A DNA stretch of 64,000 nucleotides, taken from assembly GCA_038841535.1 (NCBI GenBank), contig JAWBTQ010000006.1, positions 1 through 64,000 of the forward strand, written 5' to 3'. This document shows, in pieces, positions 10,187 to 19,028 of this stretch. Numbering within the stretch: the stretch's first letter is position 1; the number at the start of each line of letters is the position of its first letter. The notes beneath the pieces are model-generated. The model saw only the letters and a list, made by a program, of their open reading frames with translations, made no database searches and was not told the origin of the DNA. Source of the stretch: Sulfolobales archaeon (GTDB lineage: Archaea > Thermoproteota > Thermoprotei_A > Sulfolobales > NBVN01). A program made the translations under genes and the position numbers.

Positions 10187-10226
10187 GATATACCAAGGAA
10201 CTTATAATGCTAGATAGCTAATAAGT

Positions 10227-10604
10227 ATGGGTAATAGTACGAGCACCGGCATAGAATCTAAAAAGAAGAAGTTGATGGAGCTAGTAGACCTGAGTGCTGA
10301 ACCGTGGAGAAAGGCAGCATTCTATTCAAACGATGAAGCTATAGCGTTAGTAACAGAACTGTATCAGCGCTGGGAAACTCAGAAAAGAAGGGGTAACCCA
10401 CTAGACTACGCTACCGAGGAGGAACTCGATAGATTACTCCTAATCGCAGAAAAAATAGAGCCTGGTGACATTCAAGATCAGCAGACTAGAATGCTTATTG
10501 CGGCACTCTATGGTGAGGAAGCTCTAGAATCAGTAAAGCACGAGGAGAGAAAGAAGTCTAGAAAGTTCACAAGGATCTTAAAGAGAATGTTCTTTCTAGA
10601 GTAA
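10227..10604 (+). CDS. hypothetical protein
   Basis: 125 aa ORF with native-like composition and TATA-like CTTATAA at 10201, about 25 nt upstream. Confidence 0.7.
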   Translation: MGNSTSTGIESKKKKLMELVDLSAEPWRKAAFYSNDEAIALVTELYQRWETQKRRGNPLDYATEEELDRLLLIAEKIEPGDIQDQQTRMLIAALYGEEALESVKHEERKKSRKFTRILKRMFFLE

Positions 10605-10747
10605 ACTCTTCGATAGCTCACAGCTTTTATCTATGTCTTAATACAGTACATTTCGTCATCAAAGTATTTCTGGCACACTGCAGTCAGAAGGGTTCGACCG
10701 TTTTAAGAAAAAAGGTTTAGTGTGATTTTTATAGGAGTTTAAGTCGT

Positions 10748-11250
10748 TTAGAGGAGTATTATAGTGCGAGAGAGGTCTGCGAGATTCTGGGGTTACTAGT
10801 AGAGCTTTCAGAAGGCGAATAGGGGAGGGGGGATTAGAACTGTTAATGTCTATAGCGGGTGGAGGATACCTAAGGGCGAGGAGGAGGGGTTCGAGGTAGT
10901 CAGGGAAGCGTTCGGGGAGACTGGGATACTCAGAGCAGCTGTATATGCTCGTGTAAGCGGCTTCGAGTAGAGAACCGTTAGAGGCGTTAGAGAAGTACCT
11001 CGAGCAGTGGGAATGAATATTGATGACGGTGGTGACAGATGCTGCTGGCGAGTTGAACGAGGGCAGGAAGGAGCTGAGGAAGGTCTTGGATATGGCTGAG
11101 AAGCGCGAGCTCGATGTCCTGGTTGTCGCGCATAGGGATAGGTTAGCTAGGTTCAGTTTTCAGTAACTTCAAGAGCTGTTTAAAGGCTACGGTGTAGACT
11201 TGGTTACAGTCTTTCAGGAGAAGCTTAAGAAATATACGCAGGAGCTCATG
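10748..11250 (+). pseudogene. tnpA: IS607 TnpA serine recombinase pseudogene (MerR-HTH + resolvase)
   Basis: YSAREVCEILG, GWRIP, AAVYARVS, RKELRKVLDMA and DVLVVAHRDRLARF motifs interrupted by in-frame stops and frameshifts; truncated after QEL. Confidence 0.9.
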
Positions 11251-11455
11251 TATGTTAGAACTGAAGCTCGGGAGGCTCAAGCTCTACGTGGTGTTCTCTA
11301 GGAGCGCTGAGTATAAAGAGGGTTACAGCAGGTAATTGGCGTGGGCATCAACGAGAACAATGTAACTTTGTTCATCGCTTCGCTCTCGACAACAAGTCTA
11401 TAACAATAGGGAGACAAACCACAGCAGATGGTTCTAGGCTACGCCTCGTGAAACT
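11251..11455 (+). pseudogene. tnpB: TnpB internal fragment (RuvC-I region) pseudogene
   Basis: LKLYVVFSR...VIGVGINENNVTL corresponds to VIGVDINENNV with the catalytic D changed to G. Confidence 0.75.
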
Positions 11456-11713
11456 GTTTAGTTTTTCATATCTGTTCGTATTGGTTGATATTGATAGAAA
11501 CGTTTATAAACACCTTATACAGTGATATACGCTGAGGTACCTCGATGAGGGATCGAGAGCTCTCAACAAGGGCTCTCCCCGAGACACAGCAAGATGTGGG
11601 GTGCCCGGGGTCGCCCTGAACGCCCCCAAGGGTGGTGCAAACCCAAGACCGATGCGGGGGAACAGAAATGAGGCTATGAAGACAACCGATATAAACCTAC
11701 ATCAGAGCTGAAC
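11456..11713 (+). mobile_element. non-autonomous TnpB-derived mini-element, copy 1 (promoter + omega/reRNA-like scaffold)
   Basis: Homologous to 21318-21586. One frame reads RCGVPGVALNAPK...MRGNRNEAMK...S*, a typical archaeal TnpB tail. Ends GTTT...GAAC. Confidence 0.8.
11497..11510 (+). promoter_or_regulatory. BRE/TATA-like promoter inside mini-element copy 1
   Basis: GAAAC followed by TTTATAAA; GAGG at 11534 and ATG at 11545 downstream. Confidence 0.55.
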
Positions 11714-11716
11714 CCC

Positions 11717-12343
11717 TCAGCGTAAACCCTGAGCTAATATGTATTTTTCGTAAACCTTGATGGCTATAGCGATAGCCGCTTTCAGGTCCTCATGTAAGTC
11801 GTTGACTTCTACACCCGCGAGTTTGGGGATAATAGACCTGTTTGTCTTTTCCTCTTCTATTATGTAGGTGGCAGCCACTCTTCCGCTCTCTATGATGCTC
11901 GATATTTCAGCGGGAAGTTCTCTCAAGTACTCGGCACCTATGCCTAAAAGGATGATCCGCGGTTTTAGTGCATTAAGCTTCTCAATGATAATCCTTATCT
12001 CTTCTACTCGATCTACATAATCGCAAGTGAGGAGCCTTCTTCCAGCTAGGACGGCATAAGCTATCCTCTTGCCAAGGTCAATCCCCACTGAGATAGGGCT
12101 GCTGGTGCCTATTATCCTAGATAGCAATACGCTATATACTTCTTCAGCACTATTTACGGTTAACACATCAGCGCATGGCTCTATAGACACTTTGTTTTCA
12201 GTTATGTACTCTAAGCCTTCATTATCTGTAACAAGGAGTTCGCGGTTATAACATAAGTCTCTCAAGTCCATAGGAACTCTGAATCTGATCCCGTACTTCC
12301 TTAGCAACGCTACAAGCTCAAGAGACAGTCTTGGATTCAACAC
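11717..12343 (-). CDS. RNase H-fold (RuvC/YqgF-like) protein with an N-terminal extension
   Basis: VGIDLG..IAYAV, YIIEEEKT and EDLKAAIAIA give a D-E-D pattern. Confidence 0.7.
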   Translation of the reverse strand: MLNPRLSLELVALLRKYGIRFRVPMDLRDLCYNRELLVTDNEGLEYITENKVSIEPCADVLTVNSAEEVYSVLLSRIIGTSSPISVGIDLGKRIAYAVLAGRRLLTCDYVDRVEEIRIIIEKLNALKPRIILLGIGAEYLRELPAEISSIIESGRVAATYIIEEEKTNRSIIPKLAGVEVNDLHEDLKAAIAIAIKVYEKYILAQGLR

Positions 12344-12538
12344 GAAGAGAGATAACTCAGCTACCGCTGTACACCCCCGATCTCCGCTATCTTCTATTGT
12401 ATATATTACGCTCTCTACAAGGCAGGGCCCATATTCCTTAGTTCCGCGCTATCTGGGATAGAGAAATACTCTTAATGGCGAGTGCAAGGCTAACCTCTTC
12501 ATAAGGAGGAAAGTCCCCTCAGAGTGGGGGAGTTTTGA

Positions 12539-13024
12539 CTACTTGAACCTCAATCTTGACTTTATCCTAGCTAACGTCGTCTTAAGGTCTTCAGGCACTA
12601 CTTTCGTTTCGGCAACTACCGGCATGAAGTTTGTATCACCCAACCACCTAGGCACTATGTGCACGTGTATATGAGCCTCCACACCAGCACCTGCTACTTT
12701 TCCGATATTTACTCCTACGTTATAGCCGTCGGGCTTATATTCCTCGTCAATGGCCCTGATAACTTCCCTAGCGAGATTGAATAGATCCACAACTTCATGG
12801 TCGTGAAGCATCTCTATTCTCGCAACGTGTCTTTTAGGTGCTATCATAACGTGAGCAGTGTTGTACGGATAGGCATTCAGCATCGCTAAACTGTAGTGTG
12901 TGCGAAGTAAGACGAGGTTTTCTTCTTCGTCTTCTGATGCGGCAGCTTTACAGAACAAGCACACAGACGTTTCAGATGCTCTCCTTATGTAGCTCATCCT
13001 CCAGGGCGCCCACAACACTCGCAC
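12539..13024 (-). CDS. HIT family hydrolase (Ap4A phosphorylase-like)
   Basis: LWAPWRMSYI, CLFC, NAYPYN and HIHVHIVPRW. Confidence 0.95.
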   Translation of the reverse strand: MRVLWAPWRMSYIRRASETSVCLFCKAAASEDEEENLVLLRTHYSLAMLNAYPYNTAHVMIAPKRHVARIEMLHDHEVVDLFNLAREVIRAIDEEYKPDGYNVGVNIGKVAGAGVEAHIHVHIVPRWLGDTNFMPVVAETKVVPEDLKTTLARIKSRLRFK

Positions 13025-13107
13025 TCGCAGTCCCCACTAGCCTAGGTTAACTAAGCTATAATAGTCCGTACTCTCAGGCTCTACTACGTAGCGCTAACTC
13101 GCAGCAT

Positions 13108-13830
13108 CTAGGTGGAGAACACTAGTGCTTCAAGAAATGGTTCTACGGTTACGGCAATCACGTATGATAGAGCAATAAATACTATATGAGGCAGCGCGGG
13201 AGAGTACACTACGTAATCTTCTAGCCCAATAAACCCCTCGCTTAAGGCTTCCTCTACATCGATTTTCTGTTTCCCGAAGTCTATATTAACATCGACAGAA
13301 CCACTGCATATGAAGCCTTCTTGAGATGGGTGTGTGTGAAGGAAGACGAACTTCTTTTTTAAAAAGCTTGCTACATCGGTCGGTCTACCTATAAGGTAGA
13401 GAACCTTCTTACTTCCCTGAACGCATTTAATACTGCCCATAGCATTTCTGTATATCGTCAGGTTTCCTACTAGGTTAACAAAAACTATTGGGAGAGGTAA
13501 GAGAGACGATAAAACGAACGTGAAAAGCGGAATTAGTGGCTCATCTAGGTGTGCCAGAGATACCGCTACTACCGCGATAAGGTCTGCCCCACCTATTAAT
13601 CCAAAAACAAATAGAACGCAATAAACTACCGGTGGCAGTATAGCTAGGATAGCTCCTAAGAGGGAGTAGCTCTCAATAGGTTTGAGTACTGCACTGAGTA
13701 TAACTAATGCGTAAACCGGTATCCAGCTTACCTCTGGTATCTCCCTATCTTTTAAGTCTCGGTACGATGCGTACGCAAGGGTAGTTACTAGAGCTACTAC
13801 TGCTAAACTCTCTACTATACTGGCAACCAA
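13108..13830 (-). CDS. A24 family prepilin/prearchaellin peptidase (PibD/FlaK-like)
   Basis: ASYRDLKDREI and IGGADL catalytic Asp motifs, TM helices, C-terminal SPALP. Confidence 0.85.
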   Translation of the reverse strand: MVASIVESLAVVALVTTLAYASYRDLKDREIPEVSWIPVYALVILSAVLKPIESYSLLGAILAILPPVVYCVLFVFGLIGGADLIAVVAVSLAHLDEPLIPLFTFVLSSLLPLPIVFVNLVGNLTIYRNAMGSIKCVQGSKKVLYLIGRPTDVASFLKKKFVFLHTHPSQEGFICSGSVDVNIDFGKQKIDVEEALSEGFIGLEDYVVYSPALPHIVFIALSYVIAVTVEPFLEALVFST

Positions 13831-13851
13831 CTTATATCTACTCTCCGCTCA

Positions 13852-14799
13852 CTACTCCTCTACGTCCTTAATTCCTTCTTCCGTAATAGCGAAGATAGCT
13901 TCACCCTCTGGTAAATGGGGTGCGTCAACAACTCTAGCGATCCTTCTGTTACCTCTAGACTTCCTCAGCTGAATTCTTACTCCCGGTGCGTGAGCTAGAA
14001 CATGCCCACCCACAGCCTGTGTTGGATCTCCATAGAATACGTCTGGTCTGGCCATTACTTGGTTTGTTACTACTATTGCTACTTCGTAGATGTCGGCAAC
14101 TCTAGATAGTTGGTGAAGGTGCCTATTCAGCTTTTGCTGTCTAACTGCTAAATTCTCCCTGCCTGGGTACTCAGCTCTGAAGTGTCCGGTTACAGAGTCA
14201 ATTACTATTAGCCCTATGTTCTCCTTTGGTATTAAGTCCATTATCTCCTCGATTATTGCCATTTGGTGATCACTAGATATAGCCCTCACCCAATAGATAT
14301 TGGTCATGGTCCTCTCGGGATCTAGGCCCACGGATTTCGCCATGGCTTCTATTCTTTCCCATCTAAACGTTCCCTCAGAATCTACGAACACGGCTTTAGC
14401 TTCAAGCCCTCCCCTATCTCTCGGTAGCTGAACGTTCACGGAAAGCTGTAGACATAGCTGTGTCTTGCCTGTACCGTATTCACCGAAGAACTCAGTGACA
14501 GTTCCTATTTCAACTCCTCCACCCAAGAGTTCGTCAAGTCTTTTAGACCCAGTCGTTATCTTGGGTAACATACCTTTTTCTTTCTTTAAATCGAGAGCCG
14601 TCTTTAGAGTTAGACCTAAGAGCTCTCGTGCCTTAGAAACGATCCTATGCGCTGTTGGAAGAGGAATTCCAGCTACACTTGCCAGCTCGCTTATGTTAGC
14701 TACAGCTATAGACTCGAGAGTTTTATATCCGGCTTCCTTTAGTTTAGTGAGGATTGTCGAAGAAATACCTAAGTCTTCGAGATTCTTCTTACTACTCAT
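13852..14799 (-). CDS. radA: DNA repair and recombination protein RadA
   Basis: N-terminal Hh[38 protein letters not shown]. Confidence 0.98.
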   Translation of the reverse strand: MSSKKNLEDLGISSTILTKLKEAGYKTLESIAVANISELASVAGIPLPTAHRIVSKARELLGLTLKTALDLKKEKGMLPKITTGSKRLDELLGGGVEIGTVTEFFGEYGTGKTQLCLQLSVNVQLPRDRGGLEAKAVFVDSEGTFRWERIEAMAKSVGLDPERTMTNIYWVRAISSDHQMAIIEEIMDLIPKENIGLIVIDSVTGHFRAEYPGRENLAVRQQKLNRHLHQLSRVADIYEVAIVVTNQVMARPDVFYGDPTQAVGGHVLAHAPGVRIQLRKSRGNRRIARVVDAPHLPEGEAIFAITEEGIKDVEE

Positions 14800-14840
14800 A
14801 CCTCCCTCCTCATCTAAAGAGTTAGAAAGCTATTAAACGC

Positions 14841-15482
14841 TCATCTTTCAATACATGAAGCTCTCAGTAAGTCATAGACCTCTGGAACTACCTTAGATGT
14901 TTCCTCTAGCATTTGCTTAACTAGCTCTCTTATCTCCCACTGCGCCTTATCGGAGAGCCTAAGGCAGGCTATGTACAGTAGTTCCCGGAGGTTCACTGTC
15001 ATGAGTACCTTGGTAGTAACTGCTTGAGGTAGTACATATCTTGCATCCTCGTAGGGGATGCCTGCTTCCACCATCTCTTTATAAAGCCTGAGAGCTTCTT
15101 CAACTACGTTTTTAAACTCCTCTTCGAAGTTTCTTAGCCTCACTGATTCAGGAACTATGTAGTCACCTTCAGCTTTAGCGTACCTCTGAGACTCTTGAGT
15201 ATAGGAAGCCAGCCTATGTCTAACTAGTTGGTGAGACGTGACCCTAGATATACCCTCTATCAAGAAAGTGAACGACAGATGTTCTAGTACAGACGGAAAA
15301 CTAGTTGACTCCAAAATCCACCCACGTACGTCCTCCTCTGGGTAATCACTTAAGTAGTGCTGTAGAGTCTCCAGTGACAGCTTTCCCTGTGAGGTCTTAG
15401 CAGCTAGTACAACAATCCTTCGGGGGTCACCACTACGAGGTGAACTCCATGAGACCAGAGTAACCCTCAAAACCAATCCCAA
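14841..15482 (-). CDS. thyX: FAD-dependent thymidylate synthase
   Basis: SVLEH, RHRLASYTQESQRY, EDARYVLP and AQWEIR. Confidence 0.96.
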   Translation of the reverse strand: MGLVLRVTLVSWSSPRSGDPRRIVVLAAKTSQGKLSLETLQHYLSDYPEEDVRGWILESTSFPSVLEHLSFTFLIEGISRVTSHQLVRHRLASYTQESQRYAKAEGDYIVPESVRLRNFEEEFKNVVEEALRLYKEMVEAGIPYEDARYVLPQAVTTKVLMTVNLRELLYIACLRLSDKAQWEIRELVKQMLEETSKVVPEVYDLLRASCIER

Positions 15483-15953
15483 ACTTAGTGAAGAGCTTTT
15501 TCCTTAAAAGACAGAACCTTAAACACTAGGTTCTCGATATAGAGCTAGAGTAGTCACACCACCACACATCCCGTAGCTCTCGACATCTAGTCGTAGAATT
15601 AGTTAAGTGCGTTGACCTAAATGAGAGAAAGATCCCAGAGCTAGCCTAGAGGTTGCGACGTCTTTAGCCGCTAGAGCTAACGTGTTGATGACGTGTTTGC
15701 TGAGCATAACGAGTTACTGAGAGAATAAGTCATTAGAAGGAGATGTCTCATAATACCATCGCACACGCAACTAGGTCTTTGCCAAACACTTCGTTAAAGC
15801 ATTAGCGTAGTCCTCTTAGTGAGGTCCACGATCATAATCCAGCACTGCTTGAATGAGAGTGATTCATCGAGGTTAGTTGTTGGATTATACTCTAGTGAGG
15901 GGGAAGCGCAATCCTAGATTCCCATAGTCTTCGCTCTTAAGCTAGAAAGGGAG

Positions 15954-16826
15954 CTAATGCTTCATGCCTTCCCTAATTGTATACAGTGCGCCTAGTATAG
16001 TGATCGACATCCCTATGAGCACGTTCGAACTAACTTCTTGGGATAAGACTAACGACGCTAGAATCGTAGCTCCTGGTGCTTCCCCAAACCCTATGACAGT
16101 CGCTACGTAAGATTTCATGTACTTTACTAAGTAGTTTATAACTGTATGTCCACCAAGCATTGGTATTAGGGCTAATAACACGAGGTATATCCACATATTC
16201 AGCTCTACTGGCAGCACTGACTGATTCGTTGCCACAGAATAAGCAAATATGAAAATAGTGGAAGAACTATAGCAGACTACAGTATAGCTTGCTAAGCTAA
16301 TACCTCTCTTTCTTAAGTATCTACCTATGGTAAAGTAGGCTGCTGCGGTGATAGCACCAGTAAGCGCTAGAATTGAACCATAGAGAGCTCTCTCGACGAG
16401 ATAGGGTTGCACAGCAATAACAGTACCGCAAAAAGCGATGAGGATTCCAAGAAGCTCCGACCACCTTGGTTTCGAGATCCTCAAAGCCGTTTCATACAGC
16501 ATTGCTATCAATGGGTAGAGAACTACTATTGTTGTAGACAGTGATATTGGTATGTAAAATAAGGATTCCATCCACGTGAGAAAGTGGGTAGCTAAGAGAA
16601 TACCTGATAGTATTGATAGAGAAAAATACTTGATATCTCCCGGATGCAGGTTACTCGAACCTCTAGAGAGAGAATATAATGCTATCAGTAACGTCGCAAT
16701 AAAGAGCCTCCAAAAAGCACACGCTAGCGCCGTCGCCCCCGAGAGAACCACGATTACGGACGCGGAGGATATGCTAAGCCATGCCACTACGATAAGAGCG
16801 TACTGGACTGCTCTACTCAACATCAC
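15954..16826 (-). CDS. DMT/EamA family transporter
   Basis: About 10 TM helices, AFWRL, LATHFLTW and GHTVIN...EAPGATIL. Confidence 0.9.
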   Translation of the reverse strand: MMLSRAVQYALIVVAWLSISSASVIVVLSGATALACAFWRLFIATLLIALYSLSRGSSNLHPGDIKYFSLSILSGILLATHFLTWMESLFYIPISLSTTIVVLYPLIAMLYETALRISKPRWSELLGILIAFCGTVIAVQPYLVERALYGSILALTGAITAAAYFTIGRYLRKRGISLASYTVVCYSSSTIFIFAYSVATNQSVLPVELNMWIYLVLLALIPMLGGHTVINYLVKYMKSYVATVIGFGEAPGATILASLVLSQEVSSNVLIGMSITILGALYTIREGMKH

Positions 16827-17299
16827 CTACCGAGAAAAGTGTACTCCAATACTCCTAAAAACTTAAGTAGAACACCTTAATGATGTCGCCTTATTAAGGC
16901 ATTCAACTCCTCCAGGTGTTAGAAACCTCAAGAAGGAACTACAAGAACGGGAGCTCAGTTACTAGTAATCGGCTCCTAATTCGATTAGCGCCGTTTAGAT
17001 GACTCATAGGACTTATTCCTAAAGAAAAGCCAGCACGAAAGGTAAGTATTAGAGCGCTGCACTAACATCGACTAACCAACAGAACTGGCTGAAAACGAAA
17101 CCCAGAAGTAGAAATGGAAGCAACCTTACTCGCAGTACGAATGCGTTGCGAAGATGTTGACAACTGGGAGAGTTTATTCAAGATGCGAGTCTCAACTGTA
17201 AATTAGAGAACTCTATGTAGTAGCTGTGGGTAGAGACAACCTTGACGTTAGGGTTATCGAAATTCGTTCAGTATGAAGCTTAAATACTAGATCCCGTCT

Positions 17300-17782
17300 A
17301 TGAGAAGGAGTGGTACTAGTAATTTCGTGTGTTATTTAATAAAATTTAATAGGTTGGTGGGACTACAGTTATTGGGTAAGAATTCGGTGTCGAAAAATCC
17401 TGACAGGCGAGAATTTTACCCAAAGAGAGAATTTAGGGATAGAGAGCTAGCTGAGCCAAAGCCTTTAGGCAATATGTGTAATAACCTCTGTCCACTGTTC
17501 AAATGCGCTAAAAACGCCTTAGTCTTCTCCACGAAAGTCGTAAAAGGCTACACTCAGAAAGTAGCTATGTGTAGACTAACTGGAGACCAGTGTATTGGAT
17601 ATGGTTGCCAATTTGCTTACTGCGATAGAAAGGCACTTCTACCAAACGGTAACTGTGCCTTTACTGTAAAGTTTAAAGATGGTGAGGACTTCTTTAACGA
17701 GCTCGAGAAAGAGGAGCTGAAGCTTTCAACAAAAAGTAGACTTGTGAAAAGGTACAGCAAAAAAGACATCTTTGTGGAATAA
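17300..17782 (+). CDS. Cys-rich hypothetical protein (true start probably downstream of 17300)
   Basis: CNNLCPLFKC...CRLTGDQCIGYGCQFAYC...LLPNGNC, eight clustered Cys. Confidence 0.7.
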   Translation: MRRSGTSNFVCYLIKFNRLVGLQLLGKNSVSKNPDRREFYPKREFRDRELAEPKPLGNMCNNLCPLFKCAKNALVFSTKVVKGYTQKVAMCRLTGDQCIGYGCQFAYCDRKALLPNGNCAFTVKFKDGEDFFNELEKEELKLSTKSRLVKRYSKKDIFVE

Positions 17783-17800
17783 CATTCGTTCGGGACCCCT

Positions 17801-18952
17801 GTGTCTCGAGAGGAAGGCCTTTACGAAAAAGAGCCACCGATCCCCCCAAACGAGTATGTGAGAATCAGGCATACGGTGATTAGAGAGTTTGTTAGTAAGA
17901 TCTTCGTCGCTGCCGGATTATCCAGTAGCGACTCGTGGATAGTAGCCGACGTGTTGGTTACTGCCGATCTAATGGGGATCTCCAGTCACGGCATTCAGCG
18001 AGTACGGAGGTACGTTGATGGACTACTTCACTGCTGTGTTAACCCAAAACCGAAAATGAGAGTAGTGAGAGACTTTGGTGCTACGGCTCTAATAGATGCT
18101 GACAACGGCTTAGGGCATATAGCCGGAGTGAAGGCTGTAGAAGTGGCTGTGGAAAAAGCTAAGAAATACGGTATCTCGCTAGTACTCGTCAAAAATAGCC
18201 ATCACTACGGAATAGCGGGCTACTATTCCCTTAGGGCTGTTGAAAGAGGATTAATTGGTGTATCAACAACAAACTCTGAGAAACTCGTGGCGTACGTTAA
18301 CACCACTACTAGAAGTCTGGGAACAAACCCTATAGCAGTGGGTATCCCTAGAAGAGTTCCCCCGCCAATACTTTTCGATGCAGCAACTTCTGTGGTTCCG
18401 GTCGGAAGAATAGAGGTATATGCTAAGTTAGGAAAGAAAGTCCCAGACGGTTGGGTAATAGACCATGAAGGTAGAATGCTTAACGGCGATGCTACTAAAA
18501 TACTCTCGGAAATAAAGGCTGGTAGGGCATCAATCCTCCCACTGGGGGGATTAGGAGAGGAGTTCGGTGGGCATAAAGGCTCTGGTTTAGCTTTTATAAT
18601 AGACGTGATCTCGGGAGTGCTTTCTGGGGCCGCATGGGGTCTCCACGTTAAGTATACTACTGATGTAGCACCGGCAAACGTTGGGCACTCTTTTGCCGCT
18701 ATCGATATTGACGCATTTATGCCTAGAGAGGAATTCTATGAACGAATAGAAAGCTACATCAACGAACTCAAGTCATTAAAGAAGCACCCAAGTGCTGACA
18801 GAATATGGATTCCCGGGGAGAAAGCCTGGAGTACCATGATGACTAGGCTACAGATAGGAGTACCAGTTCATATCAAAGTTTGCGAAGAGCTTAACCTTCT
18901 AGCTGGAAACTTGGGTATTAGTGAGAGACTGTGTGATATAAGTAAAAGCTAA
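17801..18952 (+). CDS. Ldh_2 family (type 2 malate/L-lactate, ComC-like) oxidoreductase
   Basis: ADLMGISSHG, HHYGIAGYY, GTNPIA, GGHKGSGL and IWIPGE. Confidence 0.93.
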   Translation: MSREEGLYEKEPPIPPNEYVRIRHTVIREFVSKIFVAAGLSSSDSWIVADVLVTADLMGISSHGIQRVRRYVDGLLHCCVNPKPKMRVVRDFGATALIDADNGLGHIAGVKAVEVAVEKAKKYGISLVLVKNSHHYGIAGYYSLRAVERGLIGVSTTNSEKLVAYVNTTTRSLGTNPIAVGIPRRVPPPILFDAATSVVPVGRIEVYAKLGKKVPDGWVIDHEGRMLNGDATKILSEIKAGRASILPLGGLGEEFGGHKGSGLAFIIDVISGVLSGAAWGLHVKYTTDVAPANVGHSFAAIDIDAFMPREEFYERIESYINELKSLKKHPSADRIWIPGEKAWSTMMTRLQIGVPVHIKVCEELNLLAGNLGISERLCDISKS

Positions 18953-19028
18953 GCTTTCACACCCGAGACATGGGGAGATTCGTTCTTGCTAGCTGCCTAC
19001 CACTACTTGTTAGTTGTTATTAGAGAGC

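Larger units (their letters stand above)
10692..11455 (+). mobile_element. decayed IS607-family element (tnpA pseudogene fused to a tnpB fragment)
   Basis: Left end begins GTTC at 10692. Serine-recombinase and TnpB motifs are present but broken by stops and frameshifts. Confidence 0.88.

Noticed and set aside
12506-12516. GAGGAAAGTCC, the RNase P RNA 5' conserved motif
   Set aside because: Only about 25 nt remain before the hit coding sequence, and no matching 3' P4 strand or GC-rich body is visible.
15685-15720. TTGATGA...CTGA...CTGA as a box C/D sRNA
   Set aside because: First guide is only 8 nt, there is no C' box, and the unit is too short.
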